Of a stretch of 64,000 bases of DNA, positions 19,736 through 28,621 are shown one piece after another. The notes beneath the pieces were generated by a model. It was not told the DNA's origin and ran no database searches. It worked only from the letters and a program-made list of their open reading frames with translations. Made by a program: the position numbers and the translations under genes. How positions within the stretch are numbered: the first letter of the stretch is position 1; every line of letters starts with the position of its first letter. The stretch is from Candidatus Levyibacteriota bacterium (lineage in GTDB: Bacteria > Patescibacteriota > Microgenomatia > Levybacterales > UBA12049). Where the stretch lies: assembly GCA_043807135.1 (NCBI GenBank), contig JAZDGF010000003.1, positions 8,516 through 72,515 of the forward strand, given 5' to 3'.

Positions 19736-20673
19736 TAAAGTATTACTCCTCTTGTCAATGCAACAATAATTAACATTACTAATGTAAAGAAAAGAATATG
19801 ATCTAGATTATGACCTGCGACTCTTACTAATTTTTTCTTTCTTACAAAAATTATATCTAAAACTAAAACTAAAATAAATAATAACAGAGCTATAAGCGCA
19901 AAATTTCTGGTAAACGAGCTTGCATCAACAATTGGTGTTTTTGCAGATGCAATTATAGAATTTCCTTTTATACTCTTTTCCTGAATAGGTAATGGAGTAG
20001 GCTCTTTAAGTTTTTCTTCAGAAGGTGTAAGTTGCTCTTTTTCAGATGATTCTACTTGTATATTCTCTTGAACTGTTGCCTCAGCCTGATTAACTGCAAC
20101 AACTGTTTGACCTGAGATAGATCCAAACATTTCAACAACTAAAACTGTATCTTCTCCGTTCAACTTCCCCTGCTCAATGGCAAAACCGACATTATTGTAT
20201 TTTCCGGAAAGCATATTATTTCTGTGTGTCGAACTATTCATCCAAGCACTTACTACATCCGAGGAGTTGCTAAAACCCCTAGCCAGATTTTCTCCTGCAA
20301 ATTCATAGTTATAACCTGCGGAACGAATAAAAATCCAAGGTGTTTTCCCATCAGGAGAAATATGAGACCAATAATCACCTATTAACATGTCTCTTGCCTT
20401 CCCTTCTGCTGCTCTTGAAAGCCTCTCGTCAATTACCAGGGGAGTAAGCCCCTGTTCAGCTCTTTTCTGATTTGTAAGTATCAAAAGCTCTTGAGAATCT
20501 ATTCCTGCAACAACTCCTAAAACAGATGGAAATGTTTTTTTTGCGTAGTTTAGAGAAAAGCCTCCAACAAAAAAAGCTAAAACAATAATTAAAAGAATTT
20601 TATGGTGAAGAATCTTAGCTCGATAATTATTCGAGTGATGAGGCGTAAAAAGATGAAGAAAAAATCTTCTCAT
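19735..20673 (-). CDS. CAP/SCP (YkwD-like) domain protein with an N-terminal TM and a C-terminal membrane anchor
   Basis: TNQKRAEQGLTPLVIDERLSRAAEGKARDMLIGDYWSH...GENLARGFSNSSDVVSAWMNSSTHRNNML...VGFAI is the CAP-domain core. The C-terminal ~50 aa are hydrophobic. Confidence 0.65.
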   Translation of the reverse strand: MRRFFLHLFTPHHSNNYRAKILHHKILLIIVLAFFVGGFSLNYAKKTFPSVLGVVAGIDSQELLILTNQKRAEQGLTPLVIDERLSRAAEGKARDMLIGDYWSHISPDGKTPWIFIRSAGYNYEFAGENLARGFSNSSDVVSAWMNSSTHRNNMLSGKYNNVGFAIEQGKLNGEDTVLVVEMFGSISGQTVVAVNQAEATVQENIQVESSEKEQLTPSEEKLKEPTPLPIQEKSIKGNSIIASAKTPIVDASSFTRNFALIALLLFILVLVLDIIFVRKKKLVRVAGHNLDHILFFTLVMLIIVALTRGVIL

Positions 20674-20685
20674 AAAATGAGTATA

Positions 20686-21597
20686 TCATTTATATTTTGG
20701 CTCTTCCAACTCCCCAATTTTTTTATCATTAATCGGTATATTTAAAAGCTTTCCTAAAGTGTTTGCAATAGAAATTCCAACTCTAAGTCCCGTAAAAGAT
20801 CCTGGACCTGTATTTACTCTTATTTTGCTTACATTTTTAATGCTAATTTTATGTTTTCTCAAAATTTCTTCAATTAAAGGTAAAACAACTTGTGCTTTTT
20901 GCACACTCTTATTTATTTTAAATTTTTTCCCGTTAACTATTAAGCCTGCCTTAATTTCTTTAGTTGATGTATCAATGGTTAAAATCACGTTTTTTTCTAC
21001 CTTTTTATTAATGTCTACTGCACCTCTTCTTAAAATCTCCCATGGTTCTTTTGAGCAATCTATTACCGTTGATGGTTTTTTTCCATTGCATTGATCTAAT
21101 AATACAAAGTCAGTAAGTTTTATTAACTCTTTATCTATCTCTTTAATTCTAAAAGGAGTTTTTTTATGAGAAAAGTTTGCAGAAGGACCCAAGACGGGAA
21201 CTCCTACGCCTTTTATTAAGTCTAGAATCAGTTTATTTTTTGGCATCCTTACACCTAGTGTATTTTTTCCTCCTCTTACTAAACTTGGAACTTTTATTTT
21301 GTTGCATTTAAGTATTATTGTTAAAGCGCCCGGCCAAAAAGGGTTTATTAGTTTTTCTAAAACACTTATTGGAATATCCTCTAAATAATCTTTTGCCATT
21401 TCTATGCTTTCTACCAAAACAGGAACTGCTTTATCCTTAGATCTCTTTCTTAACTTAAATAATCTTTTTACAGCTTTTTCATTGTCAATTCTGCATCCTA
21501 TTCCAAAAGCAGTATCTGTTGGAAATATTACAATTCCGCCTCTCTTTAGTATTTTTATTGCTTTTTTTAAATTTAAATTATTCATTTTCAAAATCAA
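20686..21597 (-). CDS. TsaC (YrdC/Sua5 threonylcarbamoyl-AMP synthase) fused to an N-terminal-half TsaB-like domain
   Basis: YrdC fold residues 1-~190 (KRGGIVIFPTDTAFGIGC...VLGPSANFS...PSTVIDCS). C-terminal ~105 aa ILTIDTSTKEIKAGLIVNGK...GPGSFTGLRVGISIAN matches the TsaB/YeaZ N-lobe. Confidence 0.65.
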   Translation of the reverse strand: MILKMNNLNLKKAIKILKRGGIVIFPTDTAFGIGCRIDNEKAVKRLFKLRKRSKDKAVPVLVESIEMAKDYLEDIPISVLEKLINPFWPGALTIILKCNKIKVPSLVRGGKNTLGVRMPKNKLILDLIKGVGVPVLGPSANFSHKKTPFRIKEIDKELIKLTDFVLLDQCNGKKPSTVIDCSKEPWEILRRGAVDINKKVEKNVILTIDTSTKEIKAGLIVNGKKFKINKSVQKAQVVLPLIEEILRKHKISIKNVSKIRVNTGPGSFTGLRVGISIANTLGKLLNIPINDKKIGELEEPKYK

Positions 21598-22021
21598 TTT
21601 TTTTTATTGTAATTTTTCTTTTATTCCCACCAAGATCTTTAAAAAAAATATCAATTCTTTTACAAGGAAGAAGTTTTTCCAGTTTTTCTGCCCACTCAAT
21701 TGCAATTATATTTTCTTTATTAGTAAATATTTCTTCTATTCCAAGACTATTAATATCATCTCCTGTTTGAATTCTATAAAGATCTATATGAAAAAAGTTT
21801 CTTTTCTTTAGCTTATATTTCCTTAGAATAATAAAAGTAGGAGAGATAATCCGATTTTTTATCCTCAAACCCTTTGCAAATCCTTGAACAAAAGTGGTCT
21901 TTCCGCTTCCTAATTCTCCATATAAAGCAAGTACTACTCCTTTTTTTATCTCCTTTGCCAAGTCTTTACCCAGCTTTTGAGTTTCATTTTTATTTTTTGT
22001 AATGATAGTTTTATTAATCAT
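21578..22021 (-). CDS. tsaE: tRNA threonylcarbamoyladenosine biosynthesis ATPase TsaE
   Basis: 147 aa. Walker A LALYGELGSGKTTFVQGFAKGL, SPTFIIL, HIDLYR are the TsaE/YjeE signatures. Overlaps the TsaC-TsaB gene by 20 nt. Confidence 0.8.
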   Translation of the reverse strand: MINKTIITKNKNETQKLGKDLAKEIKKGVVLALYGELGSGKTTFVQGFAKGLRIKNRIISPTFIILRKYKLKKRNFFHIDLYRIQTGDDINSLGIEEIFTNKENIIAIEWAEKLEKLLPCKRIDIFFKDLGGNKRKITIKKIDFENE

Positions 22022-22445
22022 TTATTAACTCTTTCTTCTTAAATTTTTTAACTCCCAAAACTATACCACAGGCAGCAAAAAAAACAAAACTAATTCCTAT
22101 TAGTATCTTTCCCGTTTTATTATCATTTAATGCAAGCACTTTTATTTCTTTTTCTTTAGGTTTTTCAGAAGGAGTAATGCTTGCTGATAATGTACTCTCC
22201 CCTAAAACATCTTCTTTGGTCCTGGAAGGAACAATTGAATCAACCAGTTTTTCTAATGGTATTCTTGTATTTACAGCTGTTGGGGAATTCCCTGAGGAAG
22301 CCAGTGTTATTTTTGTAGGAGTTGGTGTTTTTGTTGGAGTAGGTGCTTTAGTAGGTGTGGATGTTGGAACAGAGGTAAACGTAGGTGAAGGAATAATCTC
22401 AGAGGAATTATTTGTTGATCCTTTTGAGGGAGTTGAAAAAATCAC
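22014..22445 (-). CDS. Pro/Thr-rich stalk plus C-terminal TM anchor with a Lys-rich tail; C-terminal part of the interrupted LTD surface protein
   Basis: PTFTSVPTSTPTKAPTPTKTPTPTK low-complexity linker, then ILIGISFVFFAACGIVLGVKKFKKKE (sorting-signal-like). GTG start at 22445. Same frame as 22491..22862, separated by a single TAA plus 45 nt. Confidence 0.5.
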   Translation of the reverse strand: MIFSTPSKGSTNNSSEIIPSPTFTSVPTSTPTKAPTPTKTPTPTKITLASSGNSPTAVNTRIPLEKLVDSIVPSRTKEDVLGESTLSASITPSEKPKEKEIKVLALNDNKTGKILIGISFVFFAACGIVLGVKKFKKKELIND

Positions 22446-22490
22446 CCATTCATTTGATCCGTCAGTTTTTCTTCCAGCCGATTGACCTGA

Positions 22491-22862
22491 TTACGGTGCA
22501 GGAATATCTTCTCCTAAGTCTCCATATTCTATTTTATCTATTATATTTTCTTGATTTGAGATAAGTAATAGCTTTATTAAATCTCCTGTTTTATTTAATT
22601 TATTTGACCAATCAAAGAACTTATAGGAATTTGGTGCTATTGTTTCAGAAAGATCAAGCCTGTTAGTTAAAGAATTATCTCTTAAACAATATAAGGAAAG
22701 GTCTATTGTCTCATCTCCACTATTGTATATTTCAACCCAATCAGGATTACTTTCTGCATCAGAGGAAAATTCGTTTATGAAAAGGGCTGCACTTACAATA
22801 CGTGTTTGAAAAAAGAAGAAATAAAAGAAAAGAACTATTAGCAGTAATTTAAAATAGCTCAC
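22491..22862 (-). CDS. Signal peptide plus lamin-tail-domain (LTD) fragment; N-terminal part of an interrupted surface protein
   Basis: LFINEFSSDAESNPDWVEIYNSGDETIDLSLYCLRD...YKF fits the LTD signature. Ends at a TAA that is in frame with the next ORF. Confidence 0.55.
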   Translation of the reverse strand: MSYFKLLLIVLFFYFFFFQTRIVSAALFINEFSSDAESNPDWVEIYNSGDETIDLSLYCLRDNSLTNRLDLSETIAPNSYKFFDWSNKLNKTGDLIKLLLISNQENIIDKIEYGDLGEDIPAP

Positions 22863-22908
22863 TAAATAGAGTATGGACTAATCAGATAAGTTTTTTCAAG
22901 AAACTATA

Positions 22909-24132
22909 TTATCGTAAATGCCAATAAAGAGTCATTTTCCCATTTGGATGGATAATAAAGACACCGTTTGCTCCGTCTCCAGTACAGTTTCTGCAAACAT
23001 AGGCTTGTCCTTCTTCTACTGCACGTATAGTAATATCTGAATTATTAACAATATCAAAAGCAGGATGAGGGTTTCCTTTATACATCCAGGCCCAGCAAGT
23101 CTGACCAAAGCCTTGAGAAATATACATTCCGCCTACAGACATCGGCCAATCAAAACTGCCTGAGCCTGTTGATTTTTTTCCGTTTTCGCCGGAACATCCC
23201 GTATCCCATTCAACCTCTTCAGTTTTTAAAACATTTGCCGGATTTTCATAACTAGAATAATAATTATATTCCTCCAGTGAAGAAATATTGTATACTCCAA
23301 AATGGAGATGAGGACCCGTTGAAAAACCTGTATTTCCCATCAGACCAATAGCTTCTCCTTTACTTACTTTTCTTGGCTCAGTAGTAACAAGTACAGTAGC
23401 TGCCTTTTGAATTTGTTGCAATTCTTTCAAAGCTTCTGAAAGCCTTTTTTGATATTCACTTTCAGAATTTCTAGTAACATTTAAAAGGTTTTCTTTATCT
23501 TTTTTCTCTTGATCAAGTCGTATGGTATAAGTTTCAAGGTCTTTTTTTAATGATTCTACATCTTGTTTTTTTTCTTGAAAAATATCTTTTTGATTTGAAT
23601 AATCTGTTTTTGCCTGCTGTGTATCAAATATTAACTGCCTATCATGCGCTTGCACAAGTTTTAAATAGTTTAATCTTGTGAAAAAATTGGATACGCTATT
23701 TGATGCAAGTAAAACTTGAAATGAAGGGACAGTTCCAACTTCATAAGTTGCAATTATTCTTTTAAGAAGAACTTTTGTTAATTGATCCAACCCTTTTTCT
23801 AAGCCGTCTATTTTTTTATTTGCAGTATCAATATCAACTGCAAGACTTAATAATTGCTGCTTTGTGGAATCAATTCTATACTCCGTAAGTTTTATTTGAT
23901 TATCCATAACCGAAATTTGTGAAGAAAGTGTTTTTGCCTGTCCTCTAACTTCTGATAACTTATCTTGAAGATCATTAATTTTATTCTGTAAATCTTCTAA
24001 GCCTTGATCGTTATATGGAGTTGGAGAGGGAGTGGGCGTTAAGTCAGAGCTTTGAGCAAGGATATTTCTAGAAGATAGCAAGAGTAAAACTATCAATATC
24101 GAGAGTAAAAATATTTTCTTTCTTAAACCCAT
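22909..24132 (-). CDS. Secreted coiled-coil plus M23 metallopeptidase (EnvC-like murein hydrolase activator/endopeptidase)
   Basis: Signal peptide, ~230 aa coiled coil, then GLMGNTGFSTGPHLHFGVY (M23 HxH motif). Sits directly upstream of ftsX-ftsE. Confidence 0.7.
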   Translation of the reverse strand: MGLRKKIFLLSILIVLLLLSSRNILAQSSDLTPTPSPTPYNDQGLEDLQNKINDLQDKLSEVRGQAKTLSSQISVMDNQIKLTEYRIDSTKQQLLSLAVDIDTANKKIDGLEKGLDQLTKVLLKRIIATYEVGTVPSFQVLLASNSVSNFFTRLNYLKLVQAHDRQLIFDTQQAKTDYSNQKDIFQEKKQDVESLKKDLETYTIRLDQEKKDKENLLNVTRNSESEYQKRLSEALKELQQIQKAATVLVTTEPRKVSKGEAIGLMGNTGFSTGPHLHFGVYNISSLEEYNYYSSYENPANVLKTEEVEWDTGCSGENGKKSTGSGSFDWPMSVGGMYISQGFGQTCWAWMYKGNPHPAFDIVNNSDITIRAVEEGQAYVCRNCTGDGANGVFIIHPNGKMTLYWHLR

Positions 24133-24140
24133 AGCTCATA

Positions 24141-25007
24141 TTACTTTAGATATCTAAGTACTGCCATAAAGCTTGAAAAGGCACCTAGGATTATTGCAAT
24201 TAGAATTTCTATCCCAAGAAGTACAACAAAAAATACATAAGAAATAGGAAAGATAGGAATCCCTTTTAAAAATGAGCCAAGAAATGGAGATGCGTATAAA
24301 AGCACTGCTGAAGAAAACATCCATCCTATAAATGCACCTGCAACTCCGTAAAAAATACCTTCATAAATAAATGGCCATCGAATATGCCAACTAGTTGCAC
24401 CAATCAATTTCATAATTTCAATATCTTCCTTTCTTTGTGAAATCTTTATTCCAACTATGGTCACCATTATAAAAACAGAAGCCAGAGACAAGACAACAAC
24501 TAAAACAACACCTATTGTGCGAAGTGCACTTGTCCATGAAGTTAAAGTGGAAACAACATCTTTTTGGAAAATAACTTCCTGAACAATAGGTGATGATTTT
24601 AAGGTTTCAGATATTCCGGTTAAATCCTCAATTTTTATAGCCGATATCTCAAGAGAAGACGGTAAAATATCTGCAGTAACTAAATCTAATAGAAGAGGGT
24701 CGTCTTTATTTTGCTCTCTATAAATTTTAAGAGCCTCTTCTTTTGATACAAACTTTACGGAAGCAACTTTTTCACTTGCTTCAAGACTTGTTTTTAATGC
24801 ATTAATATCTGCTTGTTTTGCCTCGTTTTTAAAGAAAGCTGTTACTTGAGGTTTTGATTCAAAAAAACTAACAATTTTTGACGACCCCAAGATGAGAAAA
24901 GTAAAAAATGAAATAGTTAAAAAGGTTAAGGTCATAATTATTATTGCAGCAATTGCCTGATAAGGTGACCTTCTAATGTTCTTCCAGGAATTTTTAATAT
25001 GTCTCAT
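24141..25007 (-). CDS. ftsX: Cell-division ABC-transporter-like permease FtsX
   Basis: 288 aa. N-terminal TM, large extracellular loop, 3 C-terminal TM helices. Overlaps ftsE by 4 nt. Confidence 0.75.
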   Translation of the reverse strand: MRHIKNSWKNIRRSPYQAIAAIIIMTLTFLTISFFTFLILGSSKIVSFFESKPQVTAFFKNEAKQADINALKTSLEASEKVASVKFVSKEEALKIYREQNKDDPLLLDLVTADILPSSLEISAIKIEDLTGISETLKSSPIVQEVIFQKDVVSTLTSWTSALRTIGVVLVVVLSLASVFIMVTIVGIKISQRKEDIEIMKLIGATSWHIRWPFIYEGIFYGVAGAFIGWMFSSAVLLYASPFLGSFLKGIPIFPISYVFFVVLLGIEILIAIILGAFSSFMAVLRYLK

Positions 25008-25813
25008 TTAGATTCTCCTTTTTTGCTTTCTTTATCTTCTTTATCTCCTTTATCTCCTTTTTTACTATTTGCATCTTCGTTTTCTACTTTTTCTTCTTTC
25101 TTAGATTCTTTTTTTTGATCTGTCTTTACGTCTGTCTTTTTTTCGACTTTAACTTTACTATCTTTAGCTATCTTTCCCTTTTCAAGCTCAACAACTCTTT
25201 TTGATAAGTTTTTTACAATATCAAGATTATGTGTTGCTATCACAACAGTTGTTCCTTTTTCATTTATATCTGATAAGAGCTTTATTATCTCCCACGAAGT
25301 TGCCATATCTAAGTTTCCCATTGCTTCATCGGCAAGTATTATTTCAGGAGATAAAACCAATGCTCTTGCAATAGCCACTTTTTGCAATTCTCCGCCAGAA
25401 AGCTGAATAGGATATTTTTCTTTATGTTCTAAAAGCCCAACTTGGGCTAAAGTTTCCTCTGCTTTTTTTGATGCCTCATTGAATTTTGTTCCTACTACTT
25501 CGAGTGGCAACATAATATTTTCAAAGATAGTTCTATCCATTAAAAGCTTTAGATCTTGAAAAACAACTCCTATTTTCTTTCTTAAATGAGGAATTTTTGA
25601 CTTTGGTAGCTTTACAACATCCCAATCGCTTACGACAATTGTCCCCTCTGTTGGCAAGATATCCCTTATTAATAATCTAAAAACAGTAGTTTTTCCAGAA
25701 CCACTGGGACCAACCAAAAATACAAACTCACCTTTATCTATATCAACAGTTACATTAGAAAGTCCAAAAACTCCTGTCCCAAATTTTTTTGAAACCTTAT
25801 CCAATTTTATCAT
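25004..25813 (-). CDS. ftsE: Cell-division ATPase FtsE with a Lys/Glu-rich C-terminal tail
   Basis: Walker A GPSGSGKTT, ABC signature LSGGELQKVAIARAL, Walker B ILADEA. The tail is KDSKVKVEKKTDVKTDQKKESKKEEKVENEDANSKKGDKGDKEDKESKKGESK. Confidence 0.8.
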   Translation of the reverse strand: MIKLDKVSKKFGTGVFGLSNVTVDIDKGEFVFLVGPSGSGKTTVFRLLIRDILPTEGTIVVSDWDVVKLPKSKIPHLRKKIGVVFQDLKLLMDRTIFENIMLPLEVVGTKFNEASKKAEETLAQVGLLEHKEKYPIQLSGGELQKVAIARALVLSPEIILADEAMGNLDMATSWEIIKLLSDINEKGTTVVIATHNLDIVKNLSKRVVELEKGKIAKDSKVKVEKKTDVKTDQKKESKKEEKVENEDANSKKGDKGDKEDKESKKGESK

Positions 25814-25825
25814 TTTAAGAAGAAA

Positions 25826-26281
25826 TTACTCAATTACTTGAATTTTACCTACATCCATTAACCAACCTGCGTGCTGAGCTTTTTGAGTTTGTCCCCATAC
25901 CTTAATCTTTCTTTTAAGGTACTTGGAGAGATCAATTATTGATGACGTAAGATACACGTTTTGACTTACTCCTCCTGGTCTTTCTAAATGGAAGGCCCCT
26001 TCTCCTTCAACACCACCTGTTTTTAATACTCCTTCTGCTGTATCTTTAAAAGCCTTCATATTATCTGATTCTTCTGTTGTCCCTTTAGAAACGGTTGATG
26101 CAGTTATTGAATTTTTTATACTTGTTACTGTTTTTGAGCTTTTAGTTAAAAAATATCCTGTACCAAGTCCTAAAATTGCGACGACGACGACGACTATAAT
26201 AAGCTTACTGCTAAAAAAAGAACTACTTGAAGAATCAAAACTATTAACTAAATTTTTTTCTTTTTCTTGTATAGGATCCAT
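25826..26281 (-). CDS. Hypothetical single-pass membrane protein
   Basis: 151 aa. Ser-rich N-terminus, TM helix (LIIVVVVVAILGLGTGYFL), ~100 aa extracytoplasmic domain. No recognisable motif. Confidence 0.35.
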   Translation of the reverse strand: MDPIQEKEKNLVNSFDSSSSSFFSSKLIIVVVVVAILGLGTGYFLTKSSKTVTSIKNSITASTVSKGTTEESDNMKAFKDTAEGVLKTGGVEGEGAFHLERPGGVSQNVYLTSSIIDLSKYLKRKIKVWGQTQKAQHAGWLMDVGKIQVIE

Positions 26282-26330
26282 AGGTATGTATCAACATTTA
26301 GTAAACCATATTTCAGGGGATTTAGCAAGC

Positions 26331-27314
26331 TTAAAGCTTTCTTAATTCCTCGTCAATAAATCCATCAATATCACCATCTAAAACAGCGTCAGTATTGCTT
26401 GTTTTATATTCTGTTCGAAGATCTTTTACCATTTGATAAGGATGTAGGACATAGGATCTAATTTGATTTCCCCAGCCAGGTGTTTTATAGCCACCTTTTA
26501 ACTCTTCTTCCTGCTTTTTCCATAACTTTGCTTTAAGAATTTTAAGCGCATACTCTCTATTTTTTCCTTGATAGCGTTCAGATGATGCAACTACAACAAT
26601 TCCTGATGGTTTATGTTTAAGCCTTACTGCAGTTGATACCTTATTTACATTTTGTCCTCCGTGACCACCGCTTCTGAAAAAATCCCATTCTAAATCATCT
26701 TCCTTAACTTCTGTTTTCTCATCTTCACCAATGTCAGGCAAAACTTCAACGAGTGCAAATGAAGTTTGTCTTAAATTATCAGCATTAAAAGGAGATTGCC
26801 TAACTAATCTATGCACTCCTGCTTCATGTTTTAAAAATCCATATGCATTTTTTCCAGATACAGAAACTACAACGCTTTTTAAACCAGCTTCTTCACCTGG
26901 AGTTTCTTCAATTACTTCATGACTCCATTCTCTTCTTTCAAAGAAACGAATATACATTCTAGAAAGCATTTGTGTCCAATCCATTGCCTCCACTCCTCCC
27001 TGACCTGAATGAAGTGAAAGAATCGCGCCACCTGCGTCATAGGAACCGGAGAAGTAAAGTAAAACTTCCATTTCTTTAAGTAATTTTTCTGTTTCTTCTT
27101 GTTTTCCTTCCTTAACCAATCTCTGTAGTTCTTCAGCATCAAAAACTTCTTTTTGAATATCTGAAAGTTCTTTCATTTTATAAGCTGCTTTTTGATGATC
27201 CTTCCAAAATGAAGGACTAGCAACTTCTGTTTCAAGCTTTTTAATCTCTTGTTTTTTCTTTTCTATATCTAGGCTTTCAAGAAGTTTCTCAACTCTTTGT
27301 TTTAATTCATTCAT
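26331..27314 (-). CDS. prfB: Peptide chain release factor 2, single ORF with no programmed frameshift
   Basis: SPF tripeptide motif (RQSPFNADN), GGQ motif (RSGGHGGQNVNKV). ATG overlaps the upstream Nramp stop (TAATG). Confidence 0.8.
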   Translation of the reverse strand: MNELKQRVEKLLESLDIEKKKQEIKKLETEVASPSFWKDHQKAAYKMKELSDIQKEVFDAEELQRLVKEGKQEETEKLLKEMEVLLYFSGSYDAGGAILSLHSGQGGVEAMDWTQMLSRMYIRFFERREWSHEVIEETPGEEAGLKSVVVSVSGKNAYGFLKHEAGVHRLVRQSPFNADNLRQTSFALVEVLPDIGEDEKTEVKEDDLEWDFFRSGGHGGQNVNKVSTAVRLKHKPSGIVVVASSERYQGKNREYALKILKAKLWKKQEEELKGGYKTPGWGNQIRSYVLHPYQMVKDLRTEYKTSNTDAVLDGDIDGFIDEELRKL

Positions 27315-28621
27315 TATCTACTCAAAAGGGCAACAAACATTAAAATAACCGAAGTGGTCATTACAATAAAAGTTGTTATAAGCAGTGTCTTTGATAGTTT
27401 TCCGCTTTGGTACTCTCCCATAATCTTATTATCCCCTGAAATTTTAATAATCACGAATATCAAAGGGACTGCTGCTATTCCGTTAAACACTGCTGTAAAA
27501 ACCAAAGCTTTTATAGGATCTATTCCTATAAAGTTTATTAAAAAACCAATTAAGGTAGCTGCAATTATAACACCATAAAAACCATAAGCTTTTTTTATTT
27601 TCAGATGCAATCCTTCTCTCCAGCTAAGTGCTTCTGATAAAGCGTATGCCGCAGATCCTGCCAAAACAGGAACTGCCAAAAGACCAATTCCTACAACACC
27701 CGCTGCAAAAATTGTTTTAGCAATTAGTCCTGAATTAGGGAAGGTGGAAACTAAAGGCTCAAGTGCTTTTGCAGCGTCAGCTGCTGTTCCAATATTAGTT
27801 ATTCCTTTACCGTTTAAAACTGAAGCAGCTGTAATAATTATAAAAAAGGCAATTAATTCGGAAAAAAGCATTCCTAAAATAGTATCTATTCTTATTTTTT
27901 TTATAAATTGTTTACTTACTCTTGGAGGTTTTATATGGGATTCAGAAAGTCTATTCTCTTTAATTTCTTCCTCAACTTCTTCCGATGCCTGCCAGAAAAA
28001 CATGTATGGGGATATTGTTGTTCCTAAAACAGCTGTTAAGATAAAAAAGAAAGAAAAATCAAATTCTATATGAGGAACAACAACTGCTTTTAAAACCACG
28101 GGCCAATTTTGTCCTGCAATAATTGCCGTAACAGGATATGCAAACAAGGCAAGCGCTAACCATTTTAAAATTTTTGCATAAGATGCATAAGAAGTAAAAA
28201 GCTCGAGTGAAAGCATAAAAACAGTAAATATTAAAGCCCAGTAAAAAAATGGCAGGGGAATTATTAAACGCATCGATTCTGCCATTGCACCAATATCTGC
28301 TCCAATATTTATGGTATTTGCAACAACTACCAAAGCTACAACCGCATAAAGCATTTTTTTGCTGTAGTTATCCTTTACCGCGGCAGCAATTCCTTTTCCT
28401 GTAACTGCTCCTATCCGAGCACAAGCCTCTTGAACAGCAGTCATTAAAGGATACATAAAAATAATTGTCCAAAGCTGACCGTAGCCAAATTGTGCACCAG
28501 CTTGAGAATACGTAGCTATTCCTGAAGGATCATCATCTGCAGCTCCGGTAATAAGACCTGGACCAAGAATTTTAAGAAATCTACTAAATGGATTTTTTTT
28601 ATATCTTGCTAAAAATTTCAT
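27314..28621 (-). CDS. NRAMP-family divalent metal cation transporter
   Basis: ILGPGLITGAADDDPSGIATYSQAGAQFGY N-terminal Nramp motif. ~11 TM helices. Confidence 0.75.
   Translation of the reverse strand: MKFLARYKKNPFSRFLKILGPGLITGAADDDPSGIATYSQAGAQFGYGQLWTIIFMYPLMTAVQEACARIGAVTGKGIAAAVKDNYSKKMLYAVVALVVVANTINIGADIGAMAESMRLIIPLPFFYWALIFTVFMLSLELFTSYASYAKILKWLALALFAYPVTAIIAGQNWPVVLKAVVVPHIEFDFSFFFILTAVLGTTISPYMFFWQASEEVEEEIKENRLSESHIKPPRVSKQFIKKIRIDTILGMLFSELIAFFIIITAASVLNGKGITNIGTAADAAKALEPLVSTFPNSGLIAKTIFAAGVVGIGLLAVPVLAGSAAYALSEALSWREGLHLKIKKAYGFYGVIIAATLIGFLINFIGIDPIKALVFTAVFNGIAAVPLIFVIIKISGDNKIMGEYQSGKLSKTLLITTFIVMTTSVILMFVALLSR

Noticed and set aside
22280-22400. Short tandem repeats in DNA (GTAGGTGT / GTTGGAG units) that could be mistaken for a repeat array
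   Set aside because: They encode the PTPTKTPTPTK linker. There are no unique spacers and no regular 28-37 bp unit, so this is not CRISPR.
22177-22485. 102-aa + strand ORF rich in Val/Gly
   Set aside because: Antisense to the Pro/Thr-rich linker of the LTD surface protein. The low-complexity coding on the opposite strand generates this frame artefactually.
25010-25110. Low-complexity CTTT/TCTCC repeats
   Set aside because: They encode the Lys/Glu-rich tail of FtsE on the minus strand. This is not an independent repeat element.
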